From positions 1-57,642 of the forward strand of contig CAZQLH010000004.1 in assembly GCA_964594155.1 (NCBI GenBank): a stretch of DNA of 57,642 nt. Reading direction: 5' to 3'. Made by a program: the position numbers and the translations under genes. Each line of letters opens with the position of its first letter. The stretch's first letter is position 1. The notes under the pieces are model-generated. The model had not been told where the DNA came from and did no database searches. It saw only the letters and a list, made by a program, of their open reading frames with translations. This document shows, one piece after another, positions 46,788 to 55,537 of this stretch. This stretch comes from an uncultured Candidatus Saccharibacteria bacterium. GTDB taxonomy: Bacteria; Patescibacteriota; Minisyncoccia; Portnoybacterales; UBA2143.

Positions 46788-48983
46788 AGTTTAATAGGGC
46801 AATTAGGATAGTTTTTTGACAATTAGGAAAAGTAGTTTTTCCGTCAATAGTAAAATTGGAAAAGTAATTTGTCTAAATTTTTAGTGGTAAAATTTAGACG
46901 GATAAATATTAAGGGCCTGTGACGGATGCCTTGACATAAAGAGCCGATGAAGGACGTGGTGTGACTGCGATAAGCCTCGGGAAGGTGTCTAACAACCTTT
47001 GATCCGGGGATGTCCGAATGGGGAAACCTAATTTTGCGATAAACAAAATTAGCCTGGTCGAATGACTGGGCAGGGAACTCGGGGAAGTGAAACATCTCAG
47101 TACCCGGAGGAAAAGAAAATAAGTCCCGACGTAAAGTCGGGAAATATTCCCTAAGTAGCGGCGAGCGAAAAGGGAAAAGCCCAAACTTATTTTATTTAAT
47201 TTATTAAGTAAGATGAGGGTTGCAAGGTAGTAACGCTCTGAAGCGTCCCTTGGTTGCTTTAAAGTAACTAAAGGATGTCTCAGAAGAAGTTTATTAAATA
47301 AAGGCTGGTTAATTGAATCTTGCTGGAAAGCAGAACCAAAGAGGGTAATAGTCCCGTAAGTGAAAATTCCTTTATGCTTCTAGTTATTATTCTTAAGTAC
47401 CTCGGGACCAGACTATCCCGTGGGAAGCTGGCAGTCCTATGCTGCCAAGGCTAAATACTCTTTATGATCGATAGCGCACCAGTACCGTGAGGGAAAGGTG
47501 AAAAGTAGCCCGTTGAGGGCGGTGAAATAGAACCTGAAATCATGGGCCTACAAAGAGTCGGAGCCCCGATTACGCTTGCGTAATCGTGGGTGACGGCGTG
47601 CTTTTTGCAGAACGAGCCAACGAGTGTATGTAAACGGCTTGTTTAAGTCCGTTAAGGACGGAGACATAGTGAAAGCGAGGATTAATAGTCCGTCCCGACT
47701 TTACGTCGGGGTAGTCGTTTGTATACGACCCGAAGCCAGAGCGAGCTAACCATGGCCAGGATGAAATCTCGACGAAAGTCGGATGGAGGTCCGCACCCAC
47801 TAACTGTGCAACGTTAGGGGATGAGCTGTGGTTAGAAGTGAAAAGCTAATCGAGCCTGGTAATAGCTGGTTCTTCCCGAAATAGCTTTAGGGTTAGCTCT
47901 CTGTTAATGTCTTAGGGGGTAGAGCACTGGATGGGATATGGATGGGTTCGTCCCGCCTATCTCAATCAAACTCCGAATACCTATAATTTCTGCGAAGGAG
48001 TCAGACTGTGGGGGCTAAGCTCCATGGTCAAAAGGGAAACAGCCCAGACTGTCGTCTAAGGTCCCTAAATCAAACTAAGTGGGAAAGGAAGTGAAGTTTC
48101 TCTGACAGCTAGGAGGTTGGCTTAGAAGCAGCCATCCTTTAAAGAGTGCGTAACAGCTCACTAGTTCAGAGATTTTGCGCCGAAGATTTAACGGGGCTAA
48201 AGTTTGATACCGAAGACACAGCTGTCCATCTTTTAGATGGGCGGGGTAGGGAAGCGTTCTCTAATGCGTTGAAGTCCACGACGTGAGTCGGGATGGAGTT
48301 TAGAGAAGTGAGAATGTTGGCATAAGTAACCACAAATCCGGTGAGATACCGGATCGCCGAAAACCCAAGGTTTCCTTGGCAATGAACATCAGCCAAGGGT
48401 TAGGCGGGCCTAAGTTGCGGCCGCGATAAGCGGTCAGTAGCGATGGACAGACGGTTAATATTCCGTCCCCTCAGTATTTTTTCGATGAAAGGACGAGGTT
48501 TAGTAGCTTGAGCGTCTTATTGGATTGTCGTTCTTGGCTTAAGAGCGCTGGTTAGGCAAATCCGGCCAGCATCAACTCAAGAGTTGAGAAAAGGTTTTTC
48601 TACGGAATAACCAATTCAAGTGAGCAGGCCTCCAAGAAAAGTTTCTAGAGTTAAGGATATTGAGTCCGTACCGTAAACCGACACAGGTGGGTAGGTCGAG
48701 TAGACCAAGGCGAACGAGTGATTCCTTGTGAAGGAACTCGGCAAAACAGCGGGTGTAACTTCGGGATAAACCCTGCCATTATCACTTGTGATATTGGCCG
48801 CAGCGAAAGATTCCTGACGACTGTTTATCAAAAACACAGCTCCCTGCTAACTCGCAAGAGGATGTATAGGGGGTGACGCCTGACCAATGCTAGAAGGTTA
48901 ACGTTTGACGTCTTTCTCTTCGGAGTTAGGCGAAAGGCCGAAGCCCTAGTGAATGTCAGCGATAACTATAATCGTTCTAAGGT

Positions 48984-49207
48984 GAATTAGTTGCCTTAGT
49001 AAAATTCGGCTATATGCTGGAATAGCTGTGTATCTTGAGCTACTCATAATATGAGTAACAATGCTACAAGTGCAGCCAATCAGCAGGGAAGTCTTAGTGA
49101 CCCCTCAGAGACTACACGCCGAACTCTGTAATATTACAGGGAAGATATAGTCCGATCTTTATAGCGATATAAAGAAGTCTTGAGCGAATCAAGACGATAA
49201 CAGCTTG
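48984..49207 (+). mobile_element. Group I intron after 23S U1931 (224 nt, no ORF)
   Basis: P1 AAGGU/GCCUU, AATCAGCAGGG, CAGAGACT, AAGATATAGTCC, terminal G; exons rejoin as CTAAGGT|AGCGAAA. Confidence 0.9.
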
Positions 49208-49227
49208 AGCGAAATTCCTTGGCTGGT

Positions 49228-49477
49228 GAGAAATTTGCCAGGCTAGAAAGTGATTTCTAGTAAAAATTCAACTTATAACGGTGAATTCTATATGGTATAA
49301 TATAGATAATACCGTGGGAAGTTTGATAAAATATCAAACCCCGTAACGACTTAGTTAACTTAGTTGACTAGACGATAGGGAATACAGAAATGTTTAAACT
49401 ATCGTAATACGTTGACTCTTACTTGATAAGTAAGATGAAGATATAGTCTATGCCATTAGTAATAATGGAGTGATATG
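49228..49477 (+). mobile_element. Group I intron after 23S U1951 (250 nt, no ORF)
   Basis: P1 CUGGU/GCCAG, ACCGTGGGAAG, CCGTAACGACT, AAGATATAGTCT, terminal G; GCTGGT|AAGTTC. Confidence 0.9.
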
Positions 49478-49969
49478 AAGTTCAGTCCTGCACGAATGGC
49501 GTCACGATCGGGAAACTGTCTCCACAAGGAGCTCGGTGAAAATGCAGTGGGGGTGAAGATGCCCTCTACTTGCGGCAAGACGGAAAGACCCCGGAAGCTT
49601 TACTACAGGTTCTCATTGGGGTTTTGTTTTAGATGCGTAGCATAGCGGGGAGGCTTTGAAGCTTGTTTTTCGGAATGAGTGGAGCCGCCAGTGAAATACC
49701 CGTCTTTTAAAATAATGCTTCTAATCCTGATTTTACTTTGGGAAACAGTGGGTGCTGGGTAGTTTGAGTGGGGCGCTCGCCTCGTAAAAGGTAACCGAGG
49801 CGCTTAAAGGTCAGCTAGGTCCGGATGGAAATCGGACTGGTCGTGTAAAGGCACAAGCTGGCTTTACTGCAAGACGGACATGTCGCGCAGTTGCGAAAGC
49901 AGAACTTAATGAACTGATGGTGGGTTATAGAACCGCCAGAGATTAACGGATAAAAGTTACTCCGGGGAT

Positions 49970-50214
49970 AACAAACGTTGTCCCGAGATGAAAGTAATTT
50001 CATTTCTAGTACACAGCTAATAACGGTGGAGGTTGTTTAATACAATTAATACCGTGGGAAGTCTTCGTGACCCCGTAACGACTGAGTCGCTTTAAGCGAC
50101 GAAATAAAAGGTTCCTGATAATCAGGGATATAAAAACTTTTATTATACGCTGTGCTCCGCATTTAAGCGGATGAAGATATAGTCTGCTCTAATAGCAATA
50201 TTAAGATTAAAGTG
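49970..50214 (+). mobile_element. Group I intron after 23S U2449 (245 nt, no ORF)
   Basis: P1 GGGAU/GUCCC, same core blocks, terminal G; GGGGAT|AACAGG. Confidence 0.9.
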
Positions 50215-50276
50215 AACAGGCTAATAGCGTCTAAGAGTCCCTATCGACGACGCTGTTTGGCACCTCGATGTCGGCT

Positions 50277-51131
50277 TACCAATTTAAGATAGGCCGCTGT
50301 TGGGAGTAATCCCAACTGACAAAATTCAACTTATAACGGTGAATGCTATATAATATAGTTAATACCGTGGGAAGTTAGAGAAATTTATGAAGTTATCATA
50401 TAGACAAAAAGAAATTCTAATAGGTTCTTTATTAGGTGATGGTCATTTAGAGAAAAATGGAGATAATGTTCGTTTAAGAATAGAACATAAAGAAAATCAG
50501 GAAAATTATTTAAAATGGAAACAATTAGAATTTAAAAATTTGTCTTGTGGTAAATCAAGATTAGTTTGTAAAATTGATAAAAGAAATAATAAAATGTATA
50601 AATCTTGGCATTTTTCGACATATTCTTTAGAAATATTCAATTCTTATCAACAAAAGTTTTATAAGAATAGAATTAAAATTATTCCAAAGAATATTATAGA
50701 ATTAATGTTTTCTCCTTTGTCCTTAGCTATTTGGTTTATGGATGATGGTCATAAAAGAACTGATTGTAATGCACTAAGATTAAGTACAGATTCATTTCGG
50801 CTTTACGAACAAAAATTATTATTGAAATGTCTAAAAATAAATTTTGGAATAAATAGTAGGCTACATAAAAAGAAAGATACTTGGAATATTTATATTCCAA
50901 GTGCAGAAGCAAGAAAATTTTGTAAGATAGTAAAGCCATATATTATTCCAGAAATGAATTATAAGATTTCTTTAACCCCGTAACGACTGAGTCTATATAA
51001 GATAGACGAGATAGTGGGTACCTAATATTTAGGATTTAAACCATTATCACACGTTGAGCCCCTATTGAATAATGAACATTTAATAGGGTGATGATATAGT
51101 CTATACATGTAGTAATACGTGAAATAATATG
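50277..51131 (+). mobile_element. Group I intron after 23S U2511 (855 nt)
   Basis: P1 CGGCU/GGCCG, core blocks, terminal G; GTCGGCT|CATC. Confidence 0.9.
50387..50983 (+). CDS. Intron-encoded LAGLIDADG endonuclease (two motifs)
   Basis: ILIGSLLGDGHL and LAIWFMDDG. Confidence 0.9.
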   Translation: MKLSYRQKEILIGSLLGDGHLEKNGDNVRLRIEHKENQENYLKWKQLEFKNLSCGKSRLVCKIDKRNNKMYKSWHFSTYSLEIFNSYQQKFYKNRIKIIPKNIIELMFSPLSLAIWFMDDGHKRTDCNALRLSTDSFRLYEQKLLLKCLKINFGINSRLHKKKDTWNIYIPSAEARKFCKIVKPYIIPEMNYKISLTP

Positions 51132-51156
51132 CATCTCATCCTGGGGGTGGAGAAGC

Positions 51157-51187
<31 letters not shown>

Positions 51188-51204
51188 AGGTACGTGAGCT
51201 GGGT

Positions 51205-52028
51205 AAGTGAAAATGAGCCCAGAATAAACTGACTAATAACGATGAAGTCCGTAATTTTATGCTATAATAAAGTTATATGGGTAATATCGTGGGAAGACAA
51301 AATTTTATATCTAATTTTCAAAAACAGGCCATTATCAGCTGTCTTTTAGGAGATGGGAGATTAGAGTGTAGATCAAAAAATGGAACTGCAAGATTAAGAA
51401 TTCATCATGGAGAAAAACAGAAAAATTATGTGTTTTGGAAATATGATATTTTCAAGAATATAGTTAACAGTAAGCCTAAAAGAATAGTATGGAAAGATAA
51501 AAAAAGAGATATAAATAATATATCTTGGTATTTTCATACTTCAACAATTAAAGAGTTAGGAAATTTACATTCATTGTTTTACAATAATGATAAAAAGATT
51601 TTACCTAAGAATCTTTATAATTTGTTAACACCACTGTCTTTAGCAATTTGGACAATGGATGATGGTGATAATGATAAAAATTCTATAAGGTACAATATAC
51701 AATCCTTTTCTTATAGAGAACAAAGAATGTTAATAGAATTATTAAAAAAGAAATATCAATTAAAATCGAATCTTAATAAAGATAGAAATAGTTATCGATT
51801 AAGAGTAAATAAAGAGAGTAAAACTAAATTGATTAAATTGATTAGCCCATTTATAATTCATTCAATGAAATACAAAATTTTGTCCCCGTAACGACTTAAT
51901 CATTTTAGATGATTGGGCGATAGGTGCTTAATATTTAAGATTTAAACTATCGCAATACGTCAGTCTAGTTTTTTATAAAAGAACTAGAAAGTTATAGTCT
52001 GTACTTTTAGCAATAAAAGAATAATATG
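51205..52028 (+). mobile_element. Group I intron after 23S U2584 (824 nt)
   Basis: P1 CUGGGU/GCCCAG, core blocks, terminal G; GCTGGGT|TCAGACC. Confidence 0.9.
51277..51891 (+). CDS. Intron-encoded LAGLIDADG endonuclease (two motifs)
   Basis: IISCLLGDGRL and LAIWTMDDG; N-terminus NIVGR is translated from intron core sequence. Confidence 0.9.
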   Translation: MGNIVGRQNFISNFQKQAIISCLLGDGRLECRSKNGTARLRIHHGEKQKNYVFWKYDIFKNIVNSKPKRIVWKDKKRDINNISWYFHTSTIKELGNLHSLFYNNDKKILPKNLYNLLTPLSLAIWTMDDGDNDKNSIRYNIQSFSYREQRMLIELLKKKYQLKSNLNKDRNSYRLRVNKESKTKLIKLISPFIIHSMKYKILSP

Positions 52029-52178
52029 TCAGACCGGCGTGAGCCAGGTTGGTCCCTATCTGCCGCAAGCGTTGATACTTGAAGGAAGTTGTCCATTGTA
52101 CGAGAGGATCCGGATGAACAAACCTCTGGTCTGCCAGTTGTCCTGCCAAGGGCATTGCTGGGTAGCTAAGTTTGGACG

Positions 52179-52211
<33 letters not shown>

Positions 52212-52384
52212 CCTCCTAAGATTAGGTATCATAGATTTGTAGAAGATGACTACATTGATAGGCTCTAGGTGTAAGCGCGGTAACGCGTTAAGCCGAGGAG
52301 TACTAATAAATCATCATTTATCCGTCTAAATTTTTTTACTAAGAATTTAGGCAAATTACCTTTCCAATTTTTTTTGCTTAGTCA

Positions 52385-52492
52385 TTGGGTGACTATACTA
52401 AAGGTGTTCCACCCGTTCTCATTCCGAACACGGAAGTGAAATCCTTTGAGGCCGATGATAGTGCTTTTGCGCGAAAGTAGGTAGTCGCCTAA
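52385..52492 (+). rRNA. rrf: 5S rRNA
   Basis: CCACCCGTTCTCATTCCGAACACGGAAGTGAA, GCCGATGATAG and GAAAGTAGGTAGTCGCC; flanked by an extended stem. Confidence 0.93.
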
Positions 52493-52516
52493 TGACTGAG
52501 CAAAAAAGTAAAGTTG

Positions 52517-52593
52517 ATTAACACTCTATAATTTCTTCGCGTTTTACCCTAAAGGGCTCCGACGCGTCTCAAAAATTACAGAATGTTAATCAA
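52517..52593. repeat. 77-bp palindromic element (MITE-like), copy 2
   Basis: TTGATTAACA/TGTTAATCAA ends; 73/77 identical to 4079-4155. Confidence 0.85.
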
Positions 52594-52622
52594 GATACGG
52601 CCTTAACCGCTTTACTATATTT

Positions 52623-52660
52623 AATAAAAGCCCTATACTAATTAGTAAGGGTTTTTATTT
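52623..52660 (+). terminator. Terminator after 5S
   Basis: AAAAGCCCT...AGGGTTTTT with inner TACTA/TAGTA. Confidence 0.5.
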
Positions 52661-52733
52661 TCGAGCAAGTGAGAGATAACGAAAATTTATTTTCGTTTCC
52701 GAACGAGCGATGAAAATATAGACTTGTTATATT

Positions 52734-53555
52734 ATGACTAAGCGAACAGTTAAACAAATAATTATTGCTTTAATTTTTTTCCTGATATTATTTAGTTTTT
52801 GTTTTTTAATTTATTATTTTACCAAATCAGGACCAACTTGTACTGATGGAATTAAGAATCAAGAAGAAGAAGGAATTGACTGCGGCGGCCCTTGTTCTTC
52901 TTGCGAATTAATTAATATAGAAGACATAGAGGTCTTATGGGTTAAGGCTATTTCAAGCCAGAAAGATTTTTATGATTTGGCCGCTCAAATCAGAAATCCG
53001 AATCAGAATTATGGCAGTGGCCAGGTTCCTTATCAGTTTGAACTTTACAATACTCAAAACGAACTTGTAACTAAATATTCTGGTTCAACATTTATTCTGC
53101 CTAATCAAACTAAATATCTTATTCAAATTAAAGCAGAAAGCAATAATATAATTAGCAGAGCTGAGCTTTCTTTTGGCCAGATAGAATGGCAAAAACCAGA
53201 GAATTATCAATCATTGCAATTAATAGTTCAACAAAAAGAATACCGTCTTTTAAGCGGCCAAGAAACAGGATTTAGCCAAGCTAAAGCTATTGTGATTAAT
53301 AAAACAAACTTTGATTTTGATAAAATAGAAATTGATATATTATTATTTGATTCATTTCGCAATTTAATTGCTGTTAATAGCACTGAAGTTAGAACCTTAT
53401 TAGCTAATCAAGAACGTGATTTTATCGCGATTTGGTTTAATAAGATAGACGGACAAGCGGTTTTTGTAGAAATAGAGCCAGAAACAAATATTTTTAATCC
53501 AGATAATTATTTGCCAGTCAGCAGAGGAAAACAAGAGAGATTTCAGGAATACTAA
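52734..53555 (+). CDS. CPR-type membrane-anchored protein with Cys-rich motif
   Basis: N-terminal TM then PTCTDGIKNQEEEGIDCGGPCSSC and two beta-rich domains. Confidence 0.7.
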   Translation: MTKRTVKQIIIALIFFLILFSFCFLIYYFTKSGPTCTDGIKNQEEEGIDCGGPCSSCELINIEDIEVLWVKAISSQKDFYDLAAQIRNPNQNYGSGQVPYQFELYNTQNELVTKYSGSTFILPNQTKYLIQIKAESNNIISRAELSFGQIEWQKPENYQSLQLIVQQKEYRLLSGQETGFSQAKAIVINKTNFDFDKIEIDILLFDSFRNLIAVNSTEVRTLLANQERDFIAIWFNKIDGQAVFVEIEPETNIFNPDNYLPVSRGKQERFQEY

Positions 53556-53575
53556 TATTTAACATTTTAAAGCTC

Positions 53576-53719
53576 AAGGTCTGACCTATTAAGCGGGACC
53601 TTCTGCTTCGCGTAATGTCCCTACTTAATTATGTCAGACCTTATATTCAGTTGGCTTAAGGTCCGACATAGGAAAGTAGAAACCTTATTCAAAAGGTTTC
53701 GCTTGACAGGTCGGACCTT
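53576..53719. repeat. Two tandem AAGGTCYGAC...GTCRGACCTT palindromic elements (53576-53642, 53658-53719)
   Basis: 10-bp terminal inverted repeats; the first is an inverted copy of 55147-55215. Confidence 0.85.
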
Positions 53720-53747
53720 GAACAAAGAAATTTATAATTATATTTCT

Positions 53748-54827
53748 ATGTATAATCATCTTAGAAAACTTGATTGGCCTCTTGCTGTTATTGCCTTGCT
53801 TCTTTCTGGAGTAGGGCTTTTAACTATTAATGGCATTGGTCCCTTAGAGTCAATAGTTTTTTTTCAAAAACAAGCTGTTTTTATTTGTATTGGGTTTTTA
53901 ATTATGATTGCTATAAGTTTTTTTGATTATCGGATTTTTAAAAACAATTCATCTGTTTTAATTATTCTTTATTTGATTTCTTTAGCTGCTTTATTTTTTG
54001 TTCTTTTTTCTAAAGAGGTTAGGGGAGCTTCTAGCTGGTTTCATATAGGCTCTTTTCGTTTTGAGCCGATAGAATTTATTAAAATAATTACCATTTTGTT
54101 TTTAGCTAAATATTTTTCTTTTCGGCATATTGAAATGTATAGAGTTCGCCATCTTATTGTTTCTGGTTTTTATATAGGTCTTTTTATTATTGCGGTTATT
54201 CTTCAGCCTGATTTTGGATCAGCTTTGGTTCTAATTTGTATTTGGCTGGGAATAATTATTGTAGCTGGAATTAAAACACGCCATTTGGTTGTTCTTTCAT
54301 TAATTATGGCGCTTTTGTTTATTGGAAGCTGGTTTGGCGTTCTTAAGGATTATCAAAAACAAAGAATTCTTACTTTTCTTAATCCTCAAGAAGATCCTTA
54401 TGGCAGAGGATATCATATTAGCCAATCATTGATTGCTGTTGGATCAGGAGGGTTATTTGGACAAGGACTGGGTTTAAATTCTCAAGCTGGTCTTAAGTTT
54501 TTACCTGAACAGCATACTGACTTTATTTTTGCCGCTTTGTCTGAACAAAGGGGATTGGTTGGCGTTTCTTTTTTGCTTATTCTTTTTGCTTTTTTGTTTT
54601 GGAGAATTATTAAAATAGCTTTGGATTCTTCAAATAATTTTTCTCGTCTTTTTGCTGTTGGTTTAGCAATAATGATTTTTGCTCAAGTGATTATTAATGT
54701 TGGCATGAATATGGCTATTCTGCCGATTACTGGATTAACTTTGCCTTTGGTTAGTTATGGCGGCAGCAGTTTATTAAGTATTTTTATAGGATTAGGCATT
54801 CTTCAGAGTATTAAAGCGCGGATTTAG
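53748..54827 (+). CDS. rodA: SEDS family peptidoglycan polymerase RodA/FtsW
   Basis: GASSWF.IG...EP.EF.K, LQPDFGSA, YQKQRI..FL.P..DP.G.GY...QS..A.GSGG, PEQHTDFIF and LPLVSYGGSS; true start likely 53748. Confidence 0.9.
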   Translation: MYNHLRKLDWPLAVIALLLSGVGLLTINGIGPLESIVFFQKQAVFICIGFLIMIAISFFDYRIFKNNSSVLIILYLISLAALFFVLFSKEVRGASSWFHIGSFRFEPIEFIKIITILFLAKYFSFRHIEMYRVRHLIVSGFYIGLFIIAVILQPDFGSALVLICIWLGIIIVAGIKTRHLVVLSLIMALLFIGSWFGVLKDYQKQRILTFLNPQEDPYGRGYHISQSLIAVGSGGLFGQGLGLNSQAGLKFLPEQHTDFIFAALSEQRGLVGVSFLLILFAFLFWRIIKIALDSSNNFSRLFAVGLAIMIFAQVIINVGMNMAILPITGLTLPLVSYGGSSLLSIFIGLGILQSIKARI

Positions 54828-54916
54828 TTATCCACTTGACCTATGTTCAGCAAAAAAGCTATAATAGATAAAGATTAATATACATTACAAAACATTAATA
54901 AAATCTGTTAAAAACT

Positions 54917-55126
54917 ATGAAATACCTTACTATTAAAAAAGCTGCTAAACTGCTTCATGTTACTCCTTTGACTTTAAGAAACTGGGATAAAAAAGGAATT
55001 CTAAAACCATATCGCAATCCAGTTAATAATTATAGGGTTTACCGCCTTGATCAAATAGAAGGGTTTTTAAGAAAACTGGAATTAAGCCGGGCTAAACAGG
55101 CAAAAAGGAAAATGGACTTGTTTTAG
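54917..55126 (+). CDS. Small MerR/excisionase-type HTH protein
   Basis: LTIKKAAKLLHVTPLTLRNWD..G.L...R.P.NNYRVY. Confidence 0.85.
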   Translation: MKYLTIKKAAKLLHVTPLTLRNWDKKGILKPYRNPVNNYRVYRLDQIEGFLRKLELSRAKQAKRKMDLF

Positions 55127-55146
55127 GAATTGAAGTTAGTATTTTT

Positions 55147-55215
55147 AAGGTCTGACATAATCAAGTAGGGACATTACGCCATAGGCGGAAGGTCCCGCTT
55201 GATAGGTCAGACCTT
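55147..55215. repeat. 69-bp palindromic element, inverted copy of 53576-53642
   Basis: Reverse complement AAGGTCTGACCTATCAAGCGGGACCTTCCGCC...GCGTAATGTCCCTACTTGATTATGTCAGACCTT matches the first element. Confidence 0.85.
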
Positions 55216-55419
55216 TCTATTAAACTTAATTCACCAAAACCACCATATCAAAATCTCATCTGTGGATAACTAAACAGGTAAAAATTAAAAAAGCTGGATT
55301 AAAAATATTTAAATTGATAGCCGATAGGGCTTTTTTTGTTTATTTAAGCCATAAATCAGCGTCAAAAATAAAGATTATCAGTTGATGTTTTAATTCATCC
55401 GATACTATCGGATAACACC

Positions 55420-55531
55420 TTGACGCGGTTTTTGTCTAAATGTATAATAGAATTACAATTCGATAAATAAGTTTTCTTGCAGGAAACCTTAGAATTCTTT
55501 TCAGAATTCGTTTTTAGGTTTCCTGCTTTTT
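55420..55531 (+). promoter_or_regulatory. Promoter and structured leader of the giant-protein gene
   Basis: TTGACG, 17 bp, TATAAT (55420-55448); hairpin GCAGGAAACCT...AGGTTTCCTGC (55479-55526) plus T run, 11 nt before ATG. Confidence 0.6.
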
Positions 55532-55537
55532 ATTTTA

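Noticed and set aside
52659-52717. Hairpin-rich stretch after the rRNA terminator as another repeat family
   Set aside because: Only one copy in the window, so a repeat cannot be supported.
53631-53747. 39-aa N-terminal extension of RodA
   Set aside because: It is read through palindromic repeats; RodA-like sequence begins at ATG 53748.
54828-55269. Replication origin at the DnaA boxes near rodA
   Set aside because: Only one perfect and one imperfect box, no dnaA/dnaN nearby, and no switch in gene orientation.
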